The notes beneath the pieces are model-generated. The model ran no database searches. It was not told the DNA's origin and saw only the letters and a list, made by a program, of their open reading frames with translations. From the NCBI GenBank assembly GCA_046563655.1, contig CM102285.1, forward strand, positions 14,508,001 through 14,572,000: a stretch of 64,000 nt of DNA. Reading direction: 5' to 3'. Within the stretch, counting starts at the first letter, position 1, and each line of letters opens with the position of its first letter. The DNA is from Yuukianura sp. NJ FZ-2021. Taxonomy: Eukaryota. Shown piece after piece: positions 24,718-36,359 of this stretch. The translations under genes were made by a program, and so were the position numbers.

Positions 24718-26576
24718 TCACGGAGGACCACGAGATCGCTTCTTGATCTCCGCTTCAACAGCATATAGTTCGATGCCATTTTCTTTAATCTTTGTCGCAT
24801 ACTTTTCTTGGATCTCCTTCATTTTCTGCTCCATCTCCTTCTGGATTTCTTTTTCCCTTCCCCTCAAGTGTGTTCCCTTCCGCTTCAAATTCGATAAGGT
24901 CAACTTCGGCAAACCGGCAATCCGATCCTCCAATCTGGCAGAGCTCGTACTTGAGTGACCCTGAAACAAACGTTGGTGGCCATTAGAATGCTCAAATAAT
25001 CAAATGCTCAAATTGAAAGAATAAACGGTTGTAAACCGGTGTACTGAAGTAGCGAAAGATGCCCCCCCCCCGGGGGAGTGGGGATGGGTTCCCCCACTTT
25101 CTCGCCCTCGGGGGAGTGGTGGAAGATTCAACCACTTCCCCCATAGCAGGATGTAAAATGGAAAAAGTTGACCTTTCACCCGGGAGGTCACTTGAGGTCA
25201 TGTGATGTGCACAAAAGTTGTTTGTCTCGATAAGACGAACCACTTTTGCAGAAGTCATTTTAATCCGTGATAAAACCGGTTGACCTTGACCTTTGACCCG
25301 GAAAGAGTAGACCCACCGGGATGATATTCAATAATGAACATCATTGGGTCATTAGCAGGCATCCCAGAAATATTTCTTATCAATATTGTAAATATTTTAA
25401 ATATAAATTTTTTATAAATATTGCCGAAAAAAGAAAATATTTACTAAATATTTCCGGGTTTTTAAAAAATATCGATATTTTTTGCCGATTTTGGACCAAA
25501 TTTACGGTTCTTTAGACGAATTTTGAACTGAAAACATACAATACACAGAAGGTTGGCTAAAATTGACGCCGATTTCCAACAATCGATAGCTGTTGTCGTT
25601 TTTTAACAACGTAAAACCAAAGTCGATATACCAGAAGCCAAAATTTAAAGACCAATTTAAGTTTGGTGGGGTATAACGGTCTGAAATTTGAAAAACAATG
25701 CGAAATCTGTGCAGAAGACTCCACTCCACTCATGTCAAGCTTTTCGAAACGTTTGTGGCGATTGTTTCCCAAATATCCAATTTTCTGCATAATGTATACA
25801 ATTTCATAAAGAATAGACATAAGCAGAACTGTAACATTTTGACCAAAGTGACAGTTCTACGTGGTGATATGGGTAGGTGAAGACAGTTCAGCATAAAGAA
25901 TGCTGAAGTGAATCATGTCACCCACTGTTGCTAAGTAACTAACCGTTACGACGACTGTTAGCAGTTTGCAAGTTAGTTAAATTTTTTGAAAATATATTAA
26001 ATTTTAAAAAATATTTGCAAAATTAAAAAATATTTTAACAAATATTTGGGCGTTTTTTAGTAAATATTTCAATAAATATATCGGCACTTTTTAGTAAATA
26101 TTTCTGGGAAGCCTGGTCATTAGGTTCCCATCGGCAGAAGCAGATCCCGGATATGTTGAACCGTCTCCGATATAATTACCGGAGACGGACGGCCAGACAG
26201 ACAGACAAGGTCAACCAATAAGTAGCTTTCGCTACTTAATAATCTGAAGTATTATTGCACAGGAAAACTAACGCTTGCTTACCCCTTCCCAGCGTTGATG
26301 GATGGCCATGGAGCTAGTTTGTCTTGTGTTTGGATTGAGATTTCCCGTGTCAGTGATATTCCCCGTTTCAGCGATAGTCCCCGTTTCCGCGATATTCCCC
26401 GTTTCCGCGATACTCCCCGTTTCCGCGATATTCCCTGTTTCCGCGATACTCCCCGTTTCCGCGAAATTCCCGGTGAAAGTCGGCGTAGTTACTGTCGTCG
26501 GAAACCCAAATTGTAGCTCACACAACTCTTGGTAAGTTAGCGGTGTTCCGCCAAGGAGTCTATCGTTCGAGGACAT
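24718..26576 (-). CDS. Orphan two-coding-exon gene (~178 aa): (AETGxI)n hexapeptide repeat plus basic/acidic coiled coil
   Basis: Exon 26576-26283 ends GGG|gtaagc (phase 0); acceptor tttgtttcag|GGT at 24960 continues in frame to TGA at 24718. Upstream donor ccag|gtaagt at 26726 and acceptor ttttcctcag suggest a 5' UTR exon. Confidence 0.55.
25025..26237. mobile_element. DINE-1/HINE-like element interrupted by a nested hAT-type MITE
   Basis: subTIRs aagtagcgaaag (25047) / palindromic agtagctttcgctactt (26221-26237); (RGAC)n microsatellite near 26185-26208; outer stem-loop cggtt-gta-aaccg. Confidence 0.7.
25356..26115. mobile_element. hAT-type MITE (760 bp), nested
   Basis: TIRs caggcatcccagaaatattt / aaatatttctgggaagcctg; perfect 8-bp TSD gtcattag. 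Confidence 0.9.
26340..26472. repeat. 18-bp coding minisatellite (~7 copies)
   Basis: ccccgtttccgcgatatt/ct units encode AETG(N/S/T)I on the minus strand. Confidence 0.9.
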
Positions 26577-26777
26577 AATATTGTTTTAAGTGTACTAACC
26601 TTGACTGAGGAAAAGGGAATGACTAAAAACAATGATTTTTGCTCCGAAGAAAACTTCTAATTTACGAAAGCCGTGAGTCATTAACTCGGTTTTATTCATT
26701 TCTAAGTTAATTCAAGCTAACTTACCTGGATTTTGCATTTGCTTCCTATTTCAATTATTGAAATTTTGCTTACCGAA

Positions 26778-26986
26778 TGTGATCTCAAAGAGAGTCTCAG
26801 AGCGTCTGTATGGTGCTTGAATACGACGCGACCTGTTTCTGCTAAACAGTCAAATTCGTTTACAAGTTGTAAGCGAATTTTACTGTCCTCTCTCTCCAAT
26901 TCTTGTAAAATGTAGAAACCAGAAACAAGTCGCGTCGTATTTAAGCAACGTACAGACGCTTTGAGGAGACTCTCTTTCAGATCACA
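26778..26986 (+). other. Nested inverted repeat / candidate structured RNA hairpin
   Basis: Arms 26778-26841 and 26920-26986 are complementary with few mismatches; inner hairpin 26846-26886. Confidence 0.6.
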
Positions 26987-27235
26987 AACAAATCCTAGCA
27001 TCAACGGTCAAAATCCTAAAGGAATAGAAATAGCTTTACAAAGCCTGAACTAAATATAAAACTGTCCTTCGCAAATCCTCCAATGAGCGTCAGCGGAAAG
27101 CAGAAAAGATGCGGGGTCAATAACTTCCAACTGTAAATTGTAAAAGGTTATATTTTTTCACTCTCCCAACTTCTACACAACCAACGTTCCAAAATTCAAA
27201 TTAAAGCAAAAGACTTAAAGTACAACAACCTTTAC

Positions 27236-28262
27236 TCAACTTCGTATCCGTGGCTTTTGCTTAGCATCTACAGAACTAGCACTACTAAGTTTCTTCTGCT
27301 TCAATTCCGATTCGATGTCGCTCTGGCTAATTCCAAAATCAATTGGTTTGTCGAAGCCCATCAGACGACCGTAATGGCGCAAGTCGTTGAAACAAACATC
27401 GGCTAGGAACAGTGGCAGTTTCTTGTCACCGGATTTGACCAAAATTGTTGTCAGGAGTCCGGGAACCGTAGGAACAATCACATCTTGTAATTTGAACTTG
27501 ACCTGTACAGAAATCAGACCTTAAATGGCATGTCACATCGGAAGTTTTGATCGTTCATGATAATTTTAACTTACCTCAATGCGTCTCAGAAGAAACGAGT
27601 AAGTAGCGGACGTGTAAGTATCCGATTTTGGATCATAAGTCATGTCTGTGACGTATCTTTTAGCCATCAGATGTATGAGCAGTGGAGATACAAAGACAAA
27701 GAATCCGATAACACCAAGTACTGTAGATTTCGCAAGTAGTGAAGAGTCTTTGAGTTGTTCAATGAGTACTGCTTGAAAAGTCAACCCCAGTACAGTAGTG
27801 CTGAATGAAAAAAGTTTGAGCATCCGAATCTGTTCTTTCAGAGATCCATTGTACACGACACAAGGGAGTCCGTCATTTGATTCTCTAGGATCCCAGCCTA
27901 CCAGACGACTTCCGAATTTCGCCTTTATCTTAGCTGCAAAAGCTCCACTTGGATCTTCTTCTGTCATTGACTCCTGCAATCGAAAAAAGTTATTAATGGA
28001 GCGACAGGAAAACCAAATGGAATGAGCAGCTTACAGACTGTGATCTCGACATTTCAGTGGTTGATGTTGACAGCAGTCGACAACTACAATAAGATCCGTA
28101 TTGTGAATAACTCTTGAGTCGTGCAGATGAATTGATGTAGTCGATAGTTTTATGATGATTAGCAAATGCAGTAAAAGATCTGGCGATATCGGCATTCATC
28201 GTTTTCGCGATTCCAATGGATGCCGCATTCCTACAAATTTGTAAACGTCTGACAAGGAACAT
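27236..28262 (-). CDS. TMEM70: Transmembrane protein 70 homolog, mitochondrial (ATP synthase assembly factor)
   Basis: Exons 28262-28035, 27973-27575, 27502-27236. Arg/Ser-rich targeting peptide; VYNGSLKEQIRMLKLFSFSTT; GFFVFVSPLLIHLMAKRYVTDMTYDP..DTYTSATYSF; VPGLLTT; YGRLMGFDKPIDF. Confidence 0.92.
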
Positions 28263-28413
28263 TCTGGCTGATTTGAGTTCAAGGGAGCTTCAATTGACAT
28301 CCACAAACTTAGCTGTCTAGACCACCAATTAATTAGTAGTAATTAGAATAAACTTGATTCAAAATTAATAGATTAATTGATTACCTTTCTCCTTTGTTTA
28401 TGTTTTTCATAAC

Positions 28414-28610
28414 CAGGGTTGCAAAAAATATTTACTAAAAACCAGCGAAATATTTAAATAAATGCAATATTTACTGAAAAAGCTCGAAATATTTACTAGC
28501 TTAACATTACGGGAATGGGGAAATAAATAAATATTTCCTAACAAAAATGCTCAAAATATTGATTTTGTTGACATTACAGGCATGGGAAATAAATATTTTT
28601 TGCAACCCTG
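28414..28610. mobile_element. hAT-type MITE (197 bp) ~150 bp upstream of the TMEM70 ATG
   Basis: TIRs cagggttgcaaaaaatattta / taaatattttttgcaaccctg; perfect 8-bp TSD ttcataac. Confidence 0.92.
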
Positions 28611-31600
28611 TTCATAACCAAACTTAATAAAAACTAAATAAAAAAAATTCAAATCTTCTTTTTTTTTTGAGTCGTTCTAAAGCACACGCCACGGTACCAC
28701 CGTCACCACTTTCCACTACATATGGGCAAACTCATTTTTGTAATACTAAAGTAGGTAAAAATAAATAATGGATGTAATTAGTTACTTATATTATATAAAA
28801 ACATTCAAAAATATTTTATTGCTTTTAATTAGTGATACTAATTAAGTTTAACCAGTTATGAATAATTGATTTAAAATAAAAGTGCCGCACTATGTTGCAT
28901 GAAGGTAAGTCTCAGTAAAAACTTTTTGTCTTGCCGCTAATTCAAAATCAAATTGAGAATTTCGCGGGTTTTTGAGTATAAAAAAATTGACAAAACTTAT
29001 AAAGTTTTTATACTTTTTTTTGTGTGCGCCGATTCTCTCGTTCATTTCATCTCTTTTTTTTTCTTTGCATTGGTCTCCTCTGCCCTTATGAAAGGCAGCA
29101 GTAAAGTATTTCTCACTCGTCACTTACACTTCCACTTGAACTCTGTTTAGTAAAGATAAAGAAACGGATGATCCATTTTGTGTCATAATCCATTCAGAAG
29201 AACAGTCTCATCATCAGATAAGTAGTACATCTCTGGACTCCTGTCCGGTCAGGGGTCAAGTACAAACAGAAATTTAAGCACACCTTGGAATCACGAAACT
29301 CAACGGTAATCGAGTGTCATCAATCCGGGTACGGAAAACGATTTAACAACGTTCAATTCGTAACATTTTCATTGAAAACGGATTTCACAGATTGAAACCA
29401 ATTGAAAATTAGCACATTCTTTGTTCCGGTGGCAGTGACCTCTGGAACCATCCGAAAGTACTAAGCTTTACCGTCATTTACTAGAAAATTTAACGTGAAA
29501 AGTGTAGTAAAAACGACACTTATAAGCTACCAAAAACCATACTGATTGACTATTTGAAGTTAAATACAAATTACAAATCAGTCCTGTGGTGAAGTGACAG
29601 TTGAACATAGTCATCTCATCGAATTCAATCGTCCATCATCGGTAAACAAAGGGGTACCTTGCGATTGCACTGATTAGTGGAACACGTCTTACCATTTTCA
29701 AGTAAGTATTTAAATTAATGATTTAGTCCATGCAATTTATGTTTATGGAGAAGGATTTGGATTTGAGCTACGATTGATTCGTAATCGTACCGGATGCTGG
29801 CTGACATCAGCAAAAAATGTCTCATTTTAAAAATTTCAATTGATTTATGAGGCAGAAGTACATTGCTGAATCCTGGCTGAATGTTTAAGGTTAGATTCTT
29901 AACATTGAAACTTTTAACGTTTGAATGGAATTGCAAACTCCGAGAAGATTCAATTGAAACGCATGCATTACGTTTGTGTTTCGATTTGTATTAACTTGAC
30001 AATGTTAAGTAATGATTGTATTTTGTATGATTTTAGTTGGAGTGATGTGATTGTTTGTGTGACTCTTCCCGACAAACAACCTGTCATCATCATTTTCTCA
30101 AGTAATACTTTTCTGGGAAAAGGAGGAATTGAACGCATAAACTTCATGTAAAGTCATCCGCCATTACCTAAAAACCAGTTTAGTACTACTGTCCATGTGA
30201 TTCAGGCTTTGTCAACTGAAAACATTCATAGGAGATGCAACGATTATCACAGAAGTTACTCTTAAAGTAGAAAGGAATATCTTCAAGGGCTTCCCCCCAT
30301 GACCGACAAACGACAAAGTGACGTCAAGTAGTACCATTGCGTATGCGTTAACGGTTTCAGTAGAATCTTGACCTTTGGAAATTCTAGATTGACCTCTCAT
30401 TCTTCAAATTGCTCATGATGAAGACAGGCTTTTATGTTAGAGTTTATAGTAGAAAATTGCTGCTTTTCTTTCTAAGCATGTCCGACTTTCCTCTCTCTTG
30501 TGTTTCTCGTAATAACCAAAATTCTTGGAACTTAACTTTTACGTCACCATCCTGTCTTCCAGTCCAAGACTTTAAGCTATTGCCAACATTTGTTATGTAC
30601 GTTTTTGTTTTCACATTAGGTTTTTACTTTTTTTACCACTTCATCCATCATTCTCTCTGGAGGAGGTTTAACCTGTTTTTATGCAGAGTAATTTGAAACA
30701 TTTTTGAAAGTTTGAGGTTCATTCAAGCCATTGTTTCTGTCATTTCAGACTTTTAGATAGTCTAACCTTTTGACATTTGAAACTTTTACAAAGTTTTTGA
30801 AATCTGATCCTTATTGCGCATATTGCCCAATGTCAATACCAAATTCAAATTGTAGTTCTCTGGAAATGGTCCAGATTTCCAGTGAAATTTGATAGGATAT
30901 CATTTTAGAAGAGGCTGGAGTGAGTTGAAACTGCTCGTGTCATACTCAAGTGCTGTTTTGTAAGTAGTACTATGTACTTACTACAAAACAGCACGAAATG
31001 GAGTCATTCTGATTAATTGTGAGCGGAAGAGGGTTTCCCTTTCCTTCCTATTGTCAAATTTTATGATAAAACTTTTGTTTACTTTGTCAAATCCGCAATT
31101 TCTTTATGAATGAACCAGAAAATTCCGGCAAGGAAAATGGGTAAAACGGTGAAATTGTTTTTGATTTAGGGTTAAAACGGAAGTTTTAAGAGAGGACAGT
31201 TTTTACAGTTTAACTTTTTGGTTTTTGGTAAGAATGACTGCATTGTGTGAGTAACTTTGGCCAATGTGGTACTCAGACCACGTGCTTACTAATTTATTTT
31301 TTGTACAAAACAGGTTGATTCATATATTGACACACAAAAAAGTGTAATCAACTATACGAAGCTGTTCTCCAGGAACATGAAATTTCTTTTGCATTTTTCC
31401 ACTGAAATTCTCTGCGAATCTCATGTGAAATGAATCTCTCATGAGATCATAACCTTCCATTATATGCTGATTTTTAACTTTTTTGGTAGAAATGTACGGG
31501 CACTGTTGCACGTACTATCAATTAGTGCGAAATTACCATTTTTTTTAACTAAATATTTTTTCTGTCTTCGACAAGTTTCGCTTTTTCGAAATTTTCATTA

Positions 31601-32204
31601 TCGTTCCAGCATTTTCTTAGTAAGTTTTACTAATGTTTTATTTTAGTGTTCGCCCTGTTTTCAAGTAAGGAAGTAATTTTCCGGAAAGCTTTACAAAAAG
31701 TTTTAAAAAGTCAGACTATTTCGGTTTTGTTCAAATTACACATTTTTCAGAAGTGTTTGTGTAAAAAAGAAATGAAAGAATGAAAGTGTAAAGAATTTTT
31801 TTTGTTCCTGTTCCTGATTTCTTTTCTTTTAGGCTTTTTTTTGAGTAACTTAAGGAAAAAGTATAATTTAAATTTGGGTAATTATGAATTATGAGTTTGG
31901 AAGCCTAATTTGTGTGGAAAATGAGAAATGTTCTAAGTTTTCGGAAGTTTTTGGAATGGAGAAAATTCCGCAAGAGAAAGTTGAAGGGGCGGAAGTGTAT
32001 TTTGTGGTGGAAAGTAGAAAGTACTTGGAAGTATTTGGCCTCTGGGGTTATGGTAGTTCCATGTTTCTCATGTTGAAGATGAAGAGGAATGTTATTTTAC
32101 TGGAGAAGGGACTTATTACTGTTCATTCCAAGAAATTTTCAGAGAAGATCCAATTATTAACAGTGGATTTGGGAAGTTCCTGGAATTGAAATTAACCGGG
32201 CATG

Positions 32205-32395
32205 CTCAAGTAGCGAAAGCTGAGCTGCAGTGTGCCCGACAGAACTGTAGTGCACCTTGTAGCTGTCAGGATGCATTGGTCACACGGTGAAATGGTGAAA
32301 ACTGATTACGGAAATTTTAAAGCCGTTTCCGAGATAATTGTGAGTGACGGACAGACAGACAAGATCGGTAGCATAAAGTAGCTTTCGCTACATGA
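32205..32395. mobile_element. Short DINE-1/HINE-like element
   Basis: ctcaagtagcgaaagct ... gacggacagacagac ... agtagctttcgctacatgag; same subTIR as the 13081 and 25047 copies. Confidence 0.65.
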
Positions 32396-33609
32396 GTTCT
32401 TGAGAACTGTAATTCCGTAGTGGGTACTTGGAAAAAAATCCAAAAGGAGTTCTACGAATGTACTTAATTTGAAAGGACAAGGGACAAAAGCTAAGGCTCA
32501 AAAAGCTTTTTTCTCTGTAAACCACCTTTTAGAAGATTTTTACGCTCCCTTGAAACTTCGTATTGAGTTGGAGTACTTTTGTGCTTAAAAGTATCATCTT
32601 CCAACTTTTTTTTTGGTGTAACAATGACCACAGGGATTCCTCGAAGTACGGACGACTGTCACGGACAGAGGGGTTTCCTGGAATGGATTTTGTGGGATAT
32701 GTCAAATAATTGGTTTTGGTTTACATTTTACTCAAGAGAGCTTTTCAGAATTTAGATCCTCAGACTTTCTTTCGAGTTCTTTGAAAATCAATTTTGGAAA
32801 CTACAAATTCCGAATTCGGATCTTGAACGAGTTTGTGATGAGTTTTCTGGAAAAAAGTTTCTGATGAGTTTTCTTGGTGCTGCTGAATCTAAAAAAAAGA
32901 GTTTACGAGTAGAATTTTGGAGTTTGGAGTTTTAATTTCATGTCAATGTTTTGATCTACGTTTTAGAATTTAAATTTTCTGTGAATTGTGAGCACTGTGA
33001 CTCATTTGTTGTGTATGACAAGTTTTTTGGCCATGCCGACCGACGACCCCTGACCCCAATAACTTCTAGATTCCGTTTAAGCAGTAAGCGGAAGAGGAGG
33101 GAACTTGATTATTAATTGAATTTGTTTTAATGAGCTTTTGTTTTTTAGTAGTAACAGAGAGTCGTTATAGTACTTTCCTGGAAGGAGGGAGACTTAAGCT
33201 CTAATCCTATTTTAGTGTTACAAAAGAAGAAGTTAAGCTTCACTTTGTGTCACTTATCACTGTGCCATTAAGTGTAGTTGGTAGTCCAGTCATCAGTTGT
33301 TGGTCAAGTCCAAATCCTTTTCTTCATTCATTTTCCAAATTGATAGATTTTTCGATTTCATACATTATTTGAATTGAAGTAAAAACAATTTTTGTTGTGC
33401 ACTTTTATAGTTGACTGATTTCTCAAAATCTGTTTTTCGTTTCAGTTGATCCAGAGAGTGGTGAGAAGACAGAAGTGCAAGAAACTGAAGTTTTTCGGTG
33501 ACTTTTGAAAAAATTGGACATACAAAAGTAGTGCAAATTGTGGCTGCTGAAAACATCTACAAAAAAAAAGTGTAAAGATTTTTTGAAAAAGTGAAACTTT
33601 TGAAATTCA

Positions 33610-36359
33610 ATGGAGGACTACGCAGAACAAACGAAACGGGTCATTCAGAACGTGGAGTCTGGACAGAGTTGGCATTCGTTTTACCAAGTAACAATTAATT
33701 TTTTTTTTACAAGGAATTGGATAACAGTTTATGATTAATTGACGTCTGACTTATCTGTGTTTTAGGCAATCCGCACGGAGAGTTCTAAAAATAATTATAC
33801 TTGTGGAGAAGCGAAAGCTCCAGGGAATTCTCTGCTGAATCGATACCGTGATGTGAGTCCATATGACCACAGTAGGGTTATCCTGCAAAATGGGCCTTGC
33901 GATTATATCAATGCCAGTCTTGTCAAGGTGAGTGTCTGAGTGGCGGGAATTCGATAATTTCTTAGAAAGACTGACCTTAATGAAGATTGATTATTGATTT
34001 TGTACGTTTACTTTGCCGCCCAAGGTGGAGAAGGCGGGTAGAAATTACATTTTGACACAAGGAGCACTGCCACATACGTCAGGCCATTTTTGGCTCATGG
34101 TCTGGGAGCAAAAATCAAAAGCAATTCTCATGCTCAACAAAGTAATAGAAAAGAATCAGGTGAGAATTTCAAGGGAAAATGAGCTTTAAAAATGAGGAAT
34201 TTTAAGAATTAAAAATAAACGGACAGACAGACAGACGGACAAAGTCGTATAAAAAGTCTCCAGAAAGATATTTTTGTGAAAATTCGATTTTTTTTAAATT
34301 TTAGATAAAATGTCACCAATACTGGCCAGTTGGAAGTTCAAATGGAGCCAGCAGTGTGATGGACTTTGATGACGTGAGTCTCCGAGTTCATTTGTTGTCG
34401 GAAGAGGAGCGTCAACATTTCATTATTCGAACGCTGGTGTAAGTTTTGACCTGTTTCGGTGAATTTTTATGATGAAATGAATGTTCAGGTGTTGGATGTT
34501 GATGAATTTTGGTATGATTTTTTAGGATTGAGGAAATGAGTACAGGGAATAAGCGGGAAGTGATGCAATTTCATTACACAACGTGGCCAGACTTTGGTGT
34601 CCCAACTACTCCTAGAGCCTTTTTACATTTTCTACAAATTGTCCGAGATGCGGACGTGCTGAGTTCAAAATTTGGTCCGGCCGTTGTTCACTGTTCGGCT
34701 GGGATTGGTCGTTCAGGAACTTTTTGCCTTGTCGACTCCTGTCTCCTGATGGTATGCTTTCAGAAAAGTAGTTTTTTAAAATTTCAAAATTTTTAAAAGT
34801 AGTTTATTTTTGTGTTTTAGATGGAAAATGGACTGGAAGTGAACATCAAGGACGTTCTGCTGGAAATGAGAAAATATAGACTTGGACTTATTCAAACTCC
34901 GGACCAATTACGATTTTCATATTTGGCCATTCTGGAAGGATGTCAACAACTAGCCAACGTAGGGTTTCTTGGAAAAACTAAATTCTCATGATATGGAAAA
35001 AATGAAGAGGAAAATGATAATTTGACTTTGACTTTCAAAATTTCAGGGAAACAAAAAATTCCTTCCTGATTTGGACGAAAATGGAGTGAACGGGACAACA
35101 GAAGAAGCAATTCCGAATCCGCCGAGCAGAATCGATTCTCTGCCGCGTCCTACTCAAGATCAGTTCAAGCGATTTATAGAAGGTGAAGCGGAAATTTTGA
35201 AAATGGCGGGAAATTTGAAAGTGATGGGAGAAATCGGGATTTTTTGAATTTTCGTTTTTTTTAGGTCTAGCCGTGAATGATGAAATCCAAAGGAATGTTG
35301 CAGATCGCCCGCTGCCTCCGATTCCTATTTCATCATCATCTGATGAAGATTCTTCCGGTGAAGACCTAATTGACTATGACGATGATGAAGATGGGGACGA
35401 AGATGAGACAGCGTCAACATCTTATGGACTCCTGGACCATGTCAATACTAATGACAACGACCAAAGTCCTGTATCACTGTCAGAGAGGAAATCATCTGTG
35501 TCTGAAGTGGAAAATATACGGGAAGATGAGGACACGAGATGCCCTGAAACGATTCTAAGTTCCAACCATGTTGCTGACAATGAATCTGCGCAGCAGCAGC
35601 AACATCAGTAAGTACTTTCTAAGAAATCAGGATAGTAGGTTGATTTATGTGTTCAAAAGTAGTGCGCATGAGTTTAGTATTTCCGCATTTCCAAGAGTGA
35701 TTGGAATCAAGAATTAATTGTAGCATTTGGAGTTCTAGGAAATTCAATTTAACTTCATATTAGGTACTTCCAGGAATCAGCTTCAGAGTTATCTAGAACT
35801 TTCTGGAAAATGTGTCAACGCTGAGAATTTTTGGACATGAAAGTTCTGGAGTTTGAAGTTTGAAGTGCGCATTCGCAACTAGGGTGTCCTGATATTTAAA
35901 AAAAAGTTGAGCTAAGCTAAATTTGAACTTTGCGATTGAAACTTGTTCATCCACAGGGGAACAATGCATGAAGGACGTCTTTCAAAGTCCATATTGAAAA
36001 GTTTGAAAAGTTTTTGTTAGGTTATGTTATTGTTAAAGTTAGGTTAGTCAGGTTATTTAGTGTTGAAGTTTTTGAAAAGATGTTTGTGATTGAAAATTGA
36101 CTAAAATGCTGTTTGTGATTGAAAAGTAACTAAAGTGTTTTCTATTTTCAGATCGAATGGAGTGGATGAGAATGAGCTGCGACGTCGGAAGAATGAAGCC
36201 ACACGAGAAAAAATCCGAGAAATTCGTGCGAAACAGAAAGAGACGGAAGCTCGACAAGGACTATACAGGTCGTTAACGGATACTCGCCTACTCCTTGGTG
36301 TGCTTGGGGTTTCGGCTGTCGCTATTTTTTACTTCTACGTTAGATCCACGACACCATAA
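33610..36359 (+). CDS. Ptp61F: Non-receptor tyrosine phosphatase PTP1B/TC-PTP ortholog (Ptp61F-like), membrane-anchored form, ~9 coding exons
   Basis: [83 protein letters not shown]; Pro/acidic linker; C-terminal hydrophobic tail [18 protein letters not shown]. Confidence 0.95.

Noticed and set aside
26717..27004. Similar ORFs on both strands (ESL.ASV.CLNTTR)
   Set aside because: Artefact of the inverted repeat; treated as a hairpin instead.
28890..33556. Many 60-100-aa F/K/I-rich ORFs in AT-rich stretches (also 36800-40300 and 45600-58100)
   Set aside because: Low-complexity chance ORFs, often with non-ATG starts, no motifs and no splice-consistent models.
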